A DNA stretch of 64,000 bases, taken from Candidatus Omnitrophota bacterium (GTDB lineage: Bacteria; Omnitrophota; Omnitrophia; Omnitrophales; Aquincolibacteriaceae). Numbering within the stretch: position 1 is the first letter of the stretch; every line of letters starts with the position of its first letter. Positions 1 through 9,949 of the stretch are shown piece by piece. The translations under genes were made by a program, and so were the position numbers. The stretch is from NCBI GenBank assembly GCA_003140935.1, contig PLLJ01000034.1, positions 79,505 through 143,504 on the forward strand, read 5' to 3'. The notes below the pieces were generated by a model. It did no database searches, was not told where the DNA came from, and was given only the letters and a program-made list of their open reading frames with translations.

Positions 1-1005
1 CAGCACCGCGTTCACGGCCACTTTCGCATCTTTCGATGCCTTGTGAGCCAGCATCATGCCTCCGGTAACATCGCCGATGGCGTAAATGTCCGGCTCCGCG
101 GTTCGCTGCCGCGCGTCGACTTGAATGAAACCTTTCGAATCCACGTGAGTTTTTGTTTTCTCAAGACCCAGGTCCTGACCGTTCGGCGTTCTTCCGATCG
201 AAACAAGGACACGGTCATAAACTTCCCGCTTTTCCTCGCTACCGATCGTCATCCGGACTTCGATCCCCTCCGGAAGCGGTTTCAGTTGAGTCACTTTGGC
301 ATTGAGCCGGATCTCTTTAAAGATCTTTGAGGCACGCTCCTGGACAAGCCGTACAAGATCCGCATCGGCTCCAAGCAGGATCCCGCCAAGCGCCTCCGCA
401 ACCGTCACTTCACTGCCAAGCGCGGCGTAAACAGTACCAAGCTCCATACCGATGTACCCGCCACCCACCACGAGCATTTTCTTCGGAATATCCTGAAGCG
501 CCAGGGCCTCGGTCGAGGTCATGACCCGTGCGTCCTTGATATCAAAAATAGATGGCAACGCGGCTCGTGAGCCGGCAGCAATAATGGCTTTGCCGAATTG
601 GATCTGCTGAGGGCCTTCCGAAGTTTCGACGAGCAGGCACTTCGGCCCTTCAAAGGCCGCGTGGCCCGTGATCACCCGAACGTTTCTACGGCCGGCAAGG
701 TTCGCGATCCCGGCACCGAGCTTTTCAAGAACAGACTCTTTCCATGCACGTAATTGATCGAGATGGACGACGGGCTTCGCGAATGTCACACCGCATTTTT
801 CGCTCTCCGCTGTCTCAAAAATGAGCTTGGCAAGATGAAGAAGGGTTTTAGAAGGGATGCAACCGCGGTTCAGACACACGCCGCCAAGGCGCTTTTCCTG
901 TTCGATCAGAACAACTTTTTTGCCGCGGGCAGCGGCATAAAATGCGGCCGTATAGCCGCCGGGCCCCGCCCCGATCACTGCAATGTCTGTCTGGATCGTT
1001 TCCAT
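1..1005 (-). CDS. lpd: dihydrolipoyl dehydrogenase (E3 pyridine nucleotide-disulfide oxidoreductase); 3' end lies outside window
   Basis: Minus-strand frame open from the window edge to an ATG at 1003-1005. Translation starts METIQTDIAVIGAGPGGY (FAD GxGxxG) and contains GGVCLNRGCIPSK, the redox-active disulfide signature of Lpd. It is absent from the ORF track only because it is truncated. Confidence 0.8.
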   Translation of the reverse strand, partial: METIQTDIAVIGAGPGGYTAAFYAAARGKKVVLIEQEKRLGGVCLNRGCIPSKTLLHLAKLIFETAESEKCGVTFAKPVVHLDQLRAWKESVLEKLGAGIANLAGRRNVRVITGHAAFEGPKCLLVETSEGPQQIQFGKAIIAAGSRAALPSIFDIKDARVMTSTEALALQDIPKKMLVVGGGYIGMELGTVYAALGSEVTVAEALGGILLGADADLVRLVQERASKIFKEIRLNAKVTQLKPLPEGIEVRMTIGSEEKREVYDRVLVSIGRTPNGQDLGLEKTKTHVDSKGFIQVDARQRTAEPDIYAIGDVTGGMMLAHKASKDAKVAVNAVL

Positions 1006-1066
1006 AGGTTCCTCTGGGTGCAAAGACGGCCCTGATTCATATTTTCTTCTAATCCACGGTAATCAG

Positions 1067-1111
1067 TGCCGCCCCAATTTCATCTTTGTTAAAATTGATA
1101 AGTATTGGGAC
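1067..1111 (-). repeat. REP/MITE-like hairpin element, copy 5 (inverted orientation)
   Basis: tgccgccccaatttcatctttgttaaaattgataagtattgggac is the reverse-complement arrangement of the consensus GTCCCAATT..ATCAATTT(stem-loop)AAATTGGGGCA found at 4495, 12945, 26435 and 44645. Confidence 0.5.
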
Positions 1112-1233
1112 GCGCTATTGTAACAAAACACGTTTTAAGGCGACAGCCCAAACTTATCATTTCGTTCCCAAAATGGTAGTTTGGGCAGCCCCCATTTCAA
1201 CAAAACTAAAATTGAAAGGTGTTGAGACAGGCA

Positions 1234-2139
1234 TTAATTGACTGCCTGACATCTTTTATAAAGCACGGCGATCCACCGGCGCCCGCGGAGGATTTTTAAG
1301 CACCTCAACGGAGCCCCGAAAAATCCACGCCTGAATGCCGGGAAGTTCTGAATGGCGATCCCCGACACAAGAAGATGACCTCCCGGGCGAACACGGGCGA
1401 TGATCCTCTCACGATGTTCCAAGAGGGTCTTGGAAAGCAGGTTCGCGCCGACGGTGTCAAAATAGCCGGAGACTTTCGTCCTCTTGAGCTGCGCGTAAAA
1501 AAACCTCCCGTTCTCGCATTGATTCCTCCGGAAATTCTCCTGGGCAACAAAGATTGAGGGCTTATCATTGTCGTATCCGGTGATCTTCCCGGCACCCAAT
1601 TTCGCCGCCACGACCGACAGGATCCCGGTCCCGCACCCAATATCGAGAAAGCTCCCGATCTTCCCGGCAAGCGACTCGAGCAATCGTGCGATAAGACGCG
1701 TGGTCTCATGATACCCGGATCCGAACGCGCTCCCCGGTTCCAGATAGACCGGTATACGTGGACCGCCAGGCTTGAATTTGAGCCTCTCCCAAAACGGTAC
1801 GATCACGAACTTGGCACCAAGGGGCTTTATATGATAATCCCGTTTCCATTTATCGAACCAGTCGCACCGCCTGAGCCTCTTGACCTTAAGGGTAAGAGAG
1901 CCGCGGAGGTCCCATGTCTTGTATTTCTTTTTAACCTCTCGGACTTTCTTTGCGGAACGAGTGTAGCAGTTAACACGGAACGCGTCTTTGTAATCGGAAA
2001 AGACGAGATCGCGTCCCGGGATCCGGCAACTTAAAAGAAGTGCCCGGGCCGACACTTTTTCCTGAGCGCGAAGGCCATGACCACACAAGGCGATCTCAAT
2101 CACGGAATACTTTCCGGAGGGTCCGATGGCTTTTTTCAT
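1234..2139 (-). CDS. prmA: ribosomal protein L11 methyltransferase
   Basis: 301 aa with GSGYHETT and DIGCGTGILS SAM-binding motifs, and PrmA-type architecture. Confidence 0.8.
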   Translation of the reverse strand: MKKAIGPSGKYSVIEIALCGHGLRAQEKVSARALLLSCRIPGRDLVFSDYKDAFRVNCYTRSAKKVREVKKKYKTWDLRGSLTLKVKRLRRCDWFDKWKRDYHIKPLGAKFVIVPFWERLKFKPGGPRIPVYLEPGSAFGSGYHETTRLIARLLESLAGKIGSFLDIGCGTGILSVVAAKLGAGKITGYDNDKPSIFVAQENFRRNQCENGRFFYAQLKRTKVSGYFDTVGANLLSKTLLEHRERIIARVRPGGHLLVSGIAIQNFPAFRRGFFGAPLRCLKILRGRRWIAVLYKRCQAVN

Positions 2140-2957
2140 TCCAACGGATAATCGGAGATTTTGACGAACTTGTAGCCCTTGGCGCGGAGCTCACGAACTG
2201 CTTTCATCACGCTATCCACGAAGGAACTTTGTAGCGAGACGCCTCCAAGGATCGCGATAGCGCCCGCGGCGGGGTTCACGAGCACATCCAGGATCTTTTT
2301 CTGTCCAAAATTCTTGCCCTGCGCTCCACGGTCGAAAGAACCGAGGGCTTCGTACCCAAGCGCCTTGACAATGCGCACCGCCACCTCATCATAGTGACCG
2401 GATCCGGCGTGATAATATTGCGGCAGAATACCGGTGATCGCTTCGATTTTTCTGGCATTCCGTTCGATCTCCGCAAAAAGTTCTCCGATGTTGCCTGTAC
2501 CGGGGATTCCGTTTGCGCTCTTCCCGTTCACGGAACACGCCTTACGCGACACACCCTGATTTGCGATCTCAAAAAGAGGATTGGCGGCAAGCTTTTTGAG
2601 CATTGCGCTGTTCTTGTCGACCCAATCCCCGCAAACAAACAAAGTCGCGGGAATGTTCTCAGCCGTCAGGAATTTGATCAATTTCGCGTCTTGGCCCTTG
2701 TCCATCAGATCACAGGTGTCGACACCGAGCGCCAAGACCTTGTCCTCGGTTTTAAGACGTGTCTTGACGCCGGAGACCGCTTCCCCCCACTCGTGCGGGG
2801 CCTGGCCGGAAAACTCTGTATTGATAATCTCACGAAGAAGCTGGTAATCCTCGGGCTCGGGATCTCGTTCATGCTGGGGATTCGCCGCCATGCAAAACCA
2901 TTCCCCTTGCAAGGCACCGCACGCCAAAAATAGAAGGACCCAAATGATGCGTCTCAC
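2136..2957 (-). CDS. secreted polysaccharide deacetylase-like protein (divergent NodB-type)
   Basis: 273 aa with an N-terminal signal peptide (MRRIIWVLLFLACGALQG). Loose resemblance to carbohydrate esterase 4 / NodB proteins, but the canonical TFDDG motif is not obvious. 4-bp overlap with prmA. Confidence 0.35.
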   Translation of the reverse strand: MRRIIWVLLFLACGALQGEWFCMAANPQHERDPEPEDYQLLREIINTEFSGQAPHEWGEAVSGVKTRLKTEDKVLALGVDTCDLMDKGQDAKLIKFLTAENIPATLFVCGDWVDKNSAMLKKLAANPLFEIANQGVSRKACSVNGKSANGIPGTGNIGELFAEIERNARKIEAITGILPQYYHAGSGHYDEVAVRIVKALGYEALGSFDRGAQGKNFGQKKILDVLVNPAAGAIAILGGVSLQSSFVDSVMKAVRELRAKGYKFVKISDYPLE

Positions 2958-2960
2958 TTA

Positions 2961-3599
2961 TCAACCCTCGAAGTGCACTATCCTCCGCTCTTCAGGAACA
3001 TCGGAACTTCGTTCTATTTCTTTGAGCATCTTTTGAAGCAGTTCTTTGGGCAGGCCCACCACATTCGAATAGGAACCCCGGATCTTCCGCACAATCTTAA
3101 GCCTGCCTTGGATCGCATAAGCTCCGGCTTTATCAAAAGGATGGATGGTGTCCACATATTTTTGGAGCCAGGCTTCTCCGACCGGTTTCATCCATACATC
3201 GGTCCTGGCGCATCCGGTGAACACGCATCCTGTTTTCCGGTCCCAGATCGCAAGGCCGGTATAAACGGCATGTTTTCTCCCCGAAAGTCTGCGTAATATA
3301 CGCAAAGCTTCGGCACGGTTTCGAGGCTTTCCGAGACCGCGACCGTGATGCCAAACAATCGTGTCCCCTCCCAAAACAAAACGCCCGCCGCTTGGAAGTG
3401 CGGCTTTGCGGGCTTTTCCGATCGCGTGGCGTATGCAAAGGACCTCGGGAGTGGTTTTCCGGCACCACCGCTCACGGTACGCACTTGAGATAATCTTAAA
3501 AGGAACTTTTAAACTTTTGAGAAGTTCCCGTCTCCGGGAAGACTGGGAGGCAAGATATATAGTCCATCGACGTCTTGGCATGATCAAGGCCTCTGGCAC
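2961..3599 (-). CDS. maf: Maf-like nucleoside triphosphate pyrophosphatase (septum formation protein Maf)
   Basis: LASQSSRRRELL near the N-terminus and GAYAIQG near the C-terminus are Maf signatures. True start may be the internal MPRRRW. Confidence 0.75.
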   Translation of the reverse strand: MPEALIMPRRRWTIYLASQSSRRRELLKSLKVPFKIISSAYRERWCRKTTPEVLCIRHAIGKARKAALPSGGRFVLGGDTIVWHHGRGLGKPRNRAEALRILRRLSGRKHAVYTGLAIWDRKTGCVFTGCARTDVWMKPVGEAWLQKYVDTIHPFDKAGAYAIQGRLKIVRKIRGSYSNVVGLPKELLQKMLKEIERSSDVPEERRIVHFEG

Positions 3600-3632
3600 A
3601 TCGTGAGAGATCTGGAAGATAAATCCTAAATC

Positions 3633-3676
3633 AAATCAAAAAAAAAGAGGGGGTCGCGAAACCCCCTCTTTTTCGA
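3633..3676 (-). terminator. rho-independent terminator downstream of the 3694-4023 gene
   Basis: aaaaaaaaa GAGGGGGTCGCGAAACCCCCTC tttttcg: a GC-rich hairpin flanked by A and T runs. On the minus strand the hairpin is followed by a U-run. Confidence 0.6.
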
Positions 3677-3693
3677 ATACAAAATACAAACAA

Positions 3694-4023
3694 CTATTTT
3701 CCGCTAAGATCCACCGGGCTTGGAATTTCAATGTCAGCCGGGATCGGGAAGGTGACCAACTGAACGGCACCAAGAACCGTGGTGACACAGGTATCCATCA
3801 AACCCTGTCCAACGCCCTGCCAAACATTCTTCTTCTCATTGGAGTATTGGTTCGGAGTGGTAAAAATCTTGGTCCAACCAAGAACCGTGTTGGTCAAGCC
3901 ATACCCGAGCTTTCCCGAAACCTTCTCACCATAGGTTTTTCCATCCACCCACGGACTCGCGGCAAAAGCCAACGGCGCGAGCAGCATGGAGAGTACAATC
4001 ACCAGACTCATGATCTTCTTCAT
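3694..4023 (-). CDS. small secreted protein, probable exosortase-system-associated family (TIGR04073-like)
   Basis: 109 aa with a signal peptide. KLGYGLTNTVLGWTKI and GVGQGLMDTCVTTVLGAVQLVTFPIP resemble the conserved blocks I recall for TIGR04073. A strong SD (caggagga) 7 nt upstream supports the start. Confidence 0.5.
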   Translation of the reverse strand: MKKIMSLVIVLSMLLAPLAFAASPWVDGKTYGEKVSGKLGYGLTNTVLGWTKIFTTPNQYSNEKKNVWQGVGQGLMDTCVTTVLGAVQLVTFPIPADIEIPSPVDLSGK

Positions 4024-4087
4024 TGGTTTTCCTCCTGTTGGTTAGAACGTGAAACTTTTGAATCCCTCAAGATTCCGTTCTGGATTT

Positions 4088-4116
4088 ACTTTACTAAAAA
4101 AAATTTAATGATGCAA
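4088..4116 (-). promoter_or_regulatory. putative sigma70-type promoter for the 3694-4023 gene
   Basis: Minus strand reads TTGCAT-17 nt-TAAAGT, about 60 nt upstream of the start codon, in an AT-rich 360-bp intergenic region. Confidence 0.3.
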
Positions 4117-4389
4117 CCGATATTTCCATTTTTTTAATAGGATCATCGAGAGGTGTGCTATCGACCTCCCCTAAAAAAACTTAACGAAATCCCTTTACCC
4201 GGCGTGCAAGCCGGGTCCCGATCGAGGCGGCACACGATTGACATCAAATCGTGGTAACCTCGCATTTGCGCATCGGCGCAAGTGTTACTAAACCAAACCG
4301 CCCTAATACAAAAAACGCATTAGGACAGACCCTTTTTTTGTCTCTCAGGAAGAAAACCTTCGGTTTTCTATATCAACGCAAAAAAAGGG

Positions 4390-4462
4390 TCGGGGTGAGA
4401 GGAATTGAACCTCCGACATCTTGCTCCCAAAGCAAGCGCTCTAGCCCCTGAGCTACACCCCG
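4390..4462 (-). tRNA. tRNA-Pro (anticodon TGG)
   Basis: Minus strand: CGGGGTGTAGCTCAGGGGCTAGAGCGCTTGCTTTGGGAGCAAGATGTCGGAGGTTCAATTCCTCTCACCCCGA. 7-bp acceptor, anticodon stem CTTGC/GCAAG, loop TTTGGGA, T-loop TTCAATT, no encoded CCA. Confidence 0.85.
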
Positions 4463-4494
4463 AAGTGACCTTGTGATTTTTTTATATCGGAACT

Positions 4495-4552
4495 TCGGGG
4501 TTGTCCCAATTTTCCGATCATTTCAAATCGAAATTGGGGCACCCCGAAACAA
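4495..4552 (+). repeat. REP/MITE-like hairpin element, copy 1 (divergent)
   Basis: ggggttGTCCCAATTTtccgatcatttcaaatcgAAATTGGGGcaccccgaaac: inner CCCAATTT/AAATTGGG stem plus an outer CTTCGGGG/CCCCGAAA stem. Lacks the TTGTCACC..TTTAAAAAAAG tail of the other copies. Confidence 0.5.
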
Positions 4553-4615
4553 CTTCGTACCTTACTTAAGGCGAACGCCATTGTATCGACCGAGCCTATT
4601 GATGGCAAATGCTTC

Positions 4616-5698
4616 TCAAAATATCGACCGTTCTTTGTAGACGCTCAAGACAAGCCCCAGACAAAGACAGGTCATGATGAAAGAAGACCCCCCGTAACTG
4701 ACCAGGGGAAGCGGCACTCCGGCGATCGGCATCAGTCCGATGGTCATCCCGACATTGATTATCACATGCGAAAAAAGGAGCGCGAGCACCCCCCCGCAAA
4801 GCATCTTCGCCTTCACGTCCGTTGTATGCTGCATGACCAGAAAGATCGAATGAAAAAGGAACCCGTAGAGACACAACACGAGAAGACTTCCGAGAAATCC
4901 CAATTCCTCTCCGATCACGCAAAAGATGAAATCGGTGTGATGTTCGGGAACAAAATGAAGTTGCGTTTGCGTCCCGGCCAAATATCCTTTGCCCCAAAAC
5001 CCTCCCGACCCGACCGCGATCTTGGACTGGAGAGCCGTGTAGCCGGAACCCAGAGGATCCAGGCTGGGGTTAAGAAATACCATCAAACGCTTCTTCTGAT
5101 AACCCTTGAGAAATCCCCAGGCTAAAGGAGCTGCAAGCAACAGTGCGCTCAGACTCGTAATGAGAAAACGTTTTCGCACACCCCACAGGAAAAGTATGAC
5201 GATCGACATGGGGATAAAAAGAAGTGCCGTTCCGAGATCGGGCTGTTTGATGATCAGAAAAAGCGGCACGGCCAGAAGCAAGAGCGCGACACTTACCGTC
5301 TTAGTCTGACCTTCCCATGGATGATGGGATCCCAAGAAATTGACACCGGCCAGGAGCGCTCCGACTTTCGCGAATTCCGAAGGCTGGATCGCAATGGGAC
5401 CTAACGTCAGCCATCTCTGAGCACCCAAAACCTTGCTTCCAAAAAAATCGACCAAGACAAGCAAAATGAGCGTCAGAAAATAAAAAGGATAAGAAACGCT
5501 CAGGAAGGGACGATATCCGATAAAGGGAACGCTGATCAGCACCACCAAACCCGCCAAAATCCAGAAGACCTGCTTGGCCTCATAATTCCCTGGGTCACGA
5601 TAAGATGCGCTGTAAATAAAAAGGATCCCGATCGCGGCCAAAGCCACCACCGCAAAAAAAAGCGGGAAATGGATCTCGTTAAGCCACCGGCGCAACAT
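4616..5698 (-). CDS. rodA: rod shape-determining protein RodA (SEDS family peptidoglycan glycosyltransferase)
   Basis: 360-aa polytopic membrane protein of the FtsW/RodA/SpoVE family, located immediately downstream of mrdA-mreDCB. Confidence 0.8.
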   Translation of the reverse strand: MLRRWLNEIHFPLFFAVVALAAIGILFIYSASYRDPGNYEAKQVFWILAGLVVLISVPFIGYRPFLSVSYPFYFLTLILLVLVDFFGSKVLGAQRWLTLGPIAIQPSEFAKVGALLAGVNFLGSHHPWEGQTKTVSVALLLLAVPLFLIIKQPDLGTALLFIPMSIVILFLWGVRKRFLITSLSALLLAAPLAWGFLKGYQKKRLMVFLNPSLDPLGSGYTALQSKIAVGSGGFWGKGYLAGTQTQLHFVPEHHTDFIFCVIGEELGFLGSLLVLCLYGFLFHSIFLVMQHTTDVKAKMLCGGVLALLFSHVIINVGMTIGLMPIAGVPLPLVSYGGSSFIMTCLCLGLVLSVYKERSIF

Positions 5699-7406
5699 GA
5701 AGGTCCCTCCACGCCTCGAGCATCTGCTTCACAAGACGCGCGCTTGTGACACCCCCGGATCCGCCATGCTCCACGAACACGACGAACGCGATCTTCGGAT
5801 TTTTGTAGGGGAAAAATCCGGTCATCCAACTGTGCGCCTTCTGGGGCGGCGCCTGAGCGGTCCCGGTCTTGCCGGCCAGTTTATCAAAATCCACGCGCGC
5901 CAACTGCCCGGTCCCGTAATCTGATTCCACGACTTGGAGCATGGCCCTTTTGACCGCTTCAAGATTCTCTTCACGAATGGCTACCCGGGGAATCTCCGGC
6001 ATCACCGTGCTGTCTTGAACGACCAGGTGGGGCTCCACGACTTTGCCGTTCTTCGCGATGATCGAAGTAAGGCGGAGGATCTCGAAGGGAGTCACAAGCA
6101 TATAACCCTGCCCGATCGCCATATTGAGAGTTTCACCCTGGAACCAAGGCTGATTGAAATGCTCTTTCTTCCATGCGGAATCAGGGATGAGACCCGGAGC
6201 CATGCGCGAGATCTCGAGCTTGAGGGGCTCGCCGAGACCGAGTTCGTGGGCATAATGTGCGATCTCATCCGGCGTTAATCTTTTGGCCACATTAAAAAAA
6301 TAGACGTTACAGGAACGCTCGAGAGCCTCGTAAAGATTAAGGCTCCCATGACCCTCATGATTCCAGCAATGCACGGGTTTTGATTTCGGACCCAATTGAA
6401 AAGTACCGGTACACCGGAACCGTGTTTGGGGAGTGATCTTCCCGAGATCGAGTCCGGCGAGCGCCGTCACCAGTTTGAAGATCGAACCGGGAGGATAAGC
6501 GGCGTTGATCCCGCGATCCAACATCGGAGAGTTCTCGTCCTTCAGGATACGGAGACGCTGTTCACTGGCCGCCGGGGAAACAAAAATATTCGGATCATAG
6601 GCCGGTGCGCTGGCCAGCGCCAGAAGCCCGTCCGTCTCGAGGTCCAGAACGGCAATGCTTGCATGCAGACCGTTGACCATGCTCATGATCTTCTTTTGGA
6701 ATTCGAGATCCAGCGTAAGCTTGATATCGGAACCCGCCTCGGGCTTGCGATCTGAAAGCACCCGGACCATTTGCCCGCGCGCATCCACTTCGATCTGTTG
6801 CCCGCCCCGCCACCCGCGAAGATCATCATCAAAAGCCCTTTCAATCCCGGCCCGACCGATCTTGGAGTTGATTCCAAACCTGTCGTGGTCCATATCCTCG
6901 TACTCGCGGGGACTCACCGCCCCAATGTAGCCGATCACGTGCGAAGCCGTTTCGCCGTAAGGATAATAACGGATGCCCTCAACACGAACACTTACGCCGG
7001 AAAGTTCCGGCCGTCGTTCTTCAATGAGGAATGCGAGTTCTTGAGGAACATCTTCCTTGATCACCGCCGGCGCGAATGGATACTCACGGCCCGCACTCAT
7101 GCGCCGTCGGACCTCCTTTTCCGGAATCTCCAATAACTTCGCGAGCCTTGGATAAACCTCAGGGGTGATATCTTCCGGAATCGCAATGACGTTGTAGGAA
7201 GGACGATTCGCGGCAAGCAACCGATCCTTCTGATCGAGCACGCGTCCGCGCGGAGCTTCGAGAGGAATAAGGCGAACTCGGTTACGCTTGCTGAGTTCGT
7301 AGTAGTAAGACCCGCGCAAAACCTGCGTTTGGAAGAGCCCCAGCCCCAGAAGGGCCATGAGAATAAAAACGAACGTCTGGAAGAAATGAAACCGTGTGAA
7401 CATCAT
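5679..7406 (-). CDS. mrdA: penicillin-binding protein 2 (elongasome transpeptidase)
   Basis: SxxK (GSIFK), SxN (SCN) and KTGTAQ motifs. Follows mreD and precedes rodA. ORF track start 7448; I prefer the internal MMFTRFHFF start (7406), which abuts the mreD stop. Confidence 0.8.
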   Translation of the reverse strand: MMFTRFHFFQTFVFILMALLGLGLFQTQVLRGSYYYELSKRNRVRLIPLEAPRGRVLDQKDRLLAANRPSYNVIAIPEDITPEVYPRLAKLLEIPEKEVRRRMSAGREYPFAPAVIKEDVPQELAFLIEERRPELSGVSVRVEGIRYYPYGETASHVIGYIGAVSPREYEDMDHDRFGINSKIGRAGIERAFDDDLRGWRGGQQIEVDARGQMVRVLSDRKPEAGSDIKLTLDLEFQKKIMSMVNGLHASIAVLDLETDGLLALASAPAYDPNIFVSPAASEQRLRILKDENSPMLDRGINAAYPPGSIFKLVTALAGLDLGKITPQTRFRCTGTFQLGPKSKPVHCWNHEGHGSLNLYEALERSCNVYFFNVAKRLTPDEIAHYAHELGLGEPLKLEISRMAPGLIPDSAWKKEHFNQPWFQGETLNMAIGQGYMLVTPFEILRLTSIIAKNGKVVEPHLVVQDSTVMPEIPRVAIREENLEAVKRAMLQVVESDYGTGQLARVDFDKLAGKTGTAQAPPQKAHSWMTGFFPYKNPKIAFVVFVEHGGSGGVTSARLVKQMLEAWRDLHVAPVA

Positions 7407-7918
7407 CGGAAAAGCTCGTATTGTCTGGCGGCAGAATGGCCGAACCACCGGTCTGTTAGAAAATTAAAGAGAGGCAAGAGCGCGGTTGTATAAAGCGCTG
7501 TCATCGTGATCATCCCCAAATAGTTCCCAACAAAGGATGGCGGCAATTCACCCGCATAGCTCACCAGAAGTCTTAAAGCCCCCGCGCAGAAGACAAAAAG
7601 GAACGTAATGATGAAATGGATCCCCGGCAACTGTCGCTCCATTTTTTGGATCAAGAAATCAAGCGCCGGAGCTAAAACGACCAGAAGGATCGCATCAAGC
7701 CCGATCAACCCGCCCCCCAAAAGGTCCCGCAGAAGCCCGGCCCAGAACGCGACATAAACGGTCTTGGTCGCCCCCCATTCAAAAGCAGCGTAGCAAATGA
7801 AAAGGTAAAGAAGGCTCGGATACGTGGAACGGATCTGAAAGGCCGGCATCACAGACCCATCCAGGACCGCAAGCAAAATAAAATAAAGAATTACTTTTGC
7901 GGAGACGAGACGATGCAT
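7403..7918 (-). CDS. mreD: rod shape-determining protein MreD
   Basis: 171-aa polytopic membrane protein between mreC and mrdA. Confidence 0.65.
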   Translation of the reverse strand: MHRLVSAKVILYFILLAVLDGSVMPAFQIRSTYPSLLYLFICYAAFEWGATKTVYVAFWAGLLRDLLGGGLIGLDAILLVVLAPALDFLIQKMERQLPGIHFIITFLFVFCAGALRLLVSYAGELPPSFVGNYLGMITMTALYTTALLPLFNFLTDRWFGHSAARQYELFR

Positions 7919-8724
7919 AGCACTTCCTCAAGTTTGGAGAATGACACAGCGGGTTTGACGAGAGCGAGAAGATGCAATCCGTCGCTGTCACGTTCGATCG
8001 CTTCGATCTTCCCGATCTGGAGGCCCTTCGGAAAAACACTCCCGATGCCGGACGTGGTGACATCTTCCCCGACTTCAATTTCGGCATCCAGGGCCAGATA
8101 CTTCATTTGGAGCTTGTCCGTGCCGATCCCAGCGACGATTCCCTGTGCGCGGCTTGTCGCGGTCAGCGCGCTCACGCGGGAATCCGGGTCCAACAAAAGG
8201 ATCGTATGAGCCGTGTAAGGCTCGACTTCCAGGATCCGTCCCACCAACCCTTCCGGCACAACAACGGCCATATCTTTCTTAAGATCGTTGCGGCTTCCTT
8301 TGTCCAAGAGAACGATTTTTTTCCAAGGGGTCACATCCTCCCCGATCACCCGGACCCCGATGGTGCGCGTGGCAAGCGGCAGACTGAAATTGAGAAGCTT
8401 CTTGAGTCGCTGGTTCTCCCGGTCCATTTCACGAAAACGGACGAGCTGCCCCTCAAGTTCCTGAATGCGCGCGAGATATTCCCTTTGCTTTCCGACCGCA
8501 TCCAGAAAATTTCCGGATTGGTAGCGGATCGCGTAGAGGCCGTCCCGAACACTGCTTCCGAGCACAACCGCAGGCCGGGCCAGGGTAGAGAAAACAGAAT
8601 GGACGGACTCGTTGACGCGGGGATACTGAAAAGAAACGATGAGGACAACGACGGGAACCCCAAAAAAATAATACGAACGCCAGCGCCGCATGAGGGCAAA
8701 ATCTCCGATAAGCGATAAAAGCAA
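7891..8724 (-). CDS. mreC: rod shape-determining protein MreC
   Basis: 277 aa: N-terminal TM, coiled coil, then a beta-rich periplasmic domain. Conserved position after mreB. Confidence 0.75.
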   Translation of the reverse strand: MLLSLIGDFALMRRWRSYYFFGVPVVVLIVSFQYPRVNESVHSVFSTLARPAVVLGSSVRDGLYAIRYQSGNFLDAVGKQREYLARIQELEGQLVRFREMDRENQRLKKLLNFSLPLATRTIGVRVIGEDVTPWKKIVLLDKGSRNDLKKDMAVVVPEGLVGRILEVEPYTAHTILLLDPDSRVSALTATSRAQGIVAGIGTDKLQMKYLALDAEIEVGEDVTTSGIGSVFPKGLQIGKIEAIERDSDGLHLLALVKPAVSFSKLEEVLCIVSSPQK

Positions 8725-8797
8725 AAAGATCCTGAAAAAACGACTTCCTCAGATGTCAGGAGACTGCTTTCGGAGGGGCGCTAAAACAAAAAAACTT

Positions 8798-9850
8798 TCA
8801 GTATTCCCGGGTAGCGTTGCTGTTCACCGACAAACGCTTCAAAAGATGAAAATCGCTTAAATAACGACCCGTACCAAGCGCCACGGCGGTAAGAGGATCA
8901 TCCGCGATGTGCACAGGAAGCCCTGTTTCCTCGCTGATCAGTTTATCAAATCCCCTTAAAAGCGATCCTCCTCCTGCTAAGACCAGACCCCGATCAATCA
9001 GATCCGCGGATAGTTCCGGCGGTGTGCGCTCCAGCGCGATGCGAACGGCCTCGAGAATAGTGGAAAGCGGCTCAGAGAGAGCTTCCCGGATCTCTTCGCT
9101 GGTCACACTGATTGTTTTCGGCAATCCAGCGAGGACATCACGTCCCTTGACGTCCAGTGTCGTTTCTTCTTCAAGAGGGTACGCAGAACCGATACGGATC
9201 TTGATCTCTTCGGCCGTGCGCTCCCCGATCATCAAATTATAGGCCTTCTTCAAGTGCGACATGATCGACTCATCGAACTCATCGCCGCCGATACGGATGC
9301 TTTTGGCGAACACGATGCCTGAAAGCGAGATCACGGCGATCTCGGTCGTCCCGCCGCCGATATCGATGATCATGTTACCGGCCGGCTCATGGATCGGAAG
9401 TCCGACGCCGATCGCTGCCGCAATGGGTTCTTCCACAAGATAAACCGGCGTGCGGGCTCCCGCCCGCTCCGCGGAATCTTTTACGGCGCGCTTTTCGACC
9501 TCGGTGATTCCGCTCGGAACCGCGATGACAACACGCGGGCTGATACCGGTCTTGCGGCGATGGACCTTACGTATAAAATAACGGAGCATGGCTTCGGTGA
9601 TATCAAAGTCGGCGATCACACCATCCTTCATGGGCCGGATGGCGGTGATGTTTCCCGGCGTGCGGCCGAGCATGCGCTTGGCCTCTTCTCCGACGGCAAG
9701 CACTTGATGGGTCGAACGGTCAATAGCGACCACGGAAGGCTCACACAACACGACTCCCTGGCCTTTGACATAAACGAGGGTATTCGCGGTACCGAGATCG
9801 ATACCAATATCGCTCGAGAAGAATCCTAACAGTCTATCGATTAGAAACAT
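8798..9850 (-). CDS. mreB: rod shape-determining protein MreB (actin homologue)
   Basis: [16 protein letters not shown] phosphate-1 motif and [11 protein letters not shown]. The ORF track adds a 30-aa N-terminal extension; likely start is [21 protein letters not shown] at 9850. Confidence 0.85.
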   Translation of the reverse strand: MFLIDRLLGFFSSDIGIDLGTANTLVYVKGQGVVLCEPSVVAIDRSTHQVLAVGEEAKRMLGRTPGNITAIRPMKDGVIADFDITEAMLRYFIRKVHRRKTGISPRVVIAVPSGITEVEKRAVKDSAERAGARTPVYLVEEPIAAAIGVGLPIHEPAGNMIIDIGGGTTEIAVISLSGIVFAKSIRIGGDEFDESIMSHLKKAYNLMIGERTAEEIKIRIGSAYPLEEETTLDVKGRDVLAGLPKTISVTSEEIREALSEPLSTILEAVRIALERTPPELSADLIDRGLVLAGGGSLLRGFDKLISEETGLPVHIADDPLTAVALGTGRYLSDFHLLKRLSVNSNATREY

Positions 9851-9949
9851 GGGCTTTGCCTTTTCGTATCTGTTGTGTGGGCTGGCGTTTATAGAAGCCG
9901 TAGTATATCGAAAGCCTTTTTCACTGTCAAACCAAAACAACCTCGTGTT

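Noticed and set aside
4024-4390. Long AT-rich intergenic region upstream of the TIGR04073-like gene as a riboswitch or ncRNA
   Set aside because: I could not recognise any known riboswitch core (no conserved stems or loops of TPP, SAM, c-di-GMP or similar). I called only a promoter-like TTGCAT-17-TAAAGT and left the rest unannotated.
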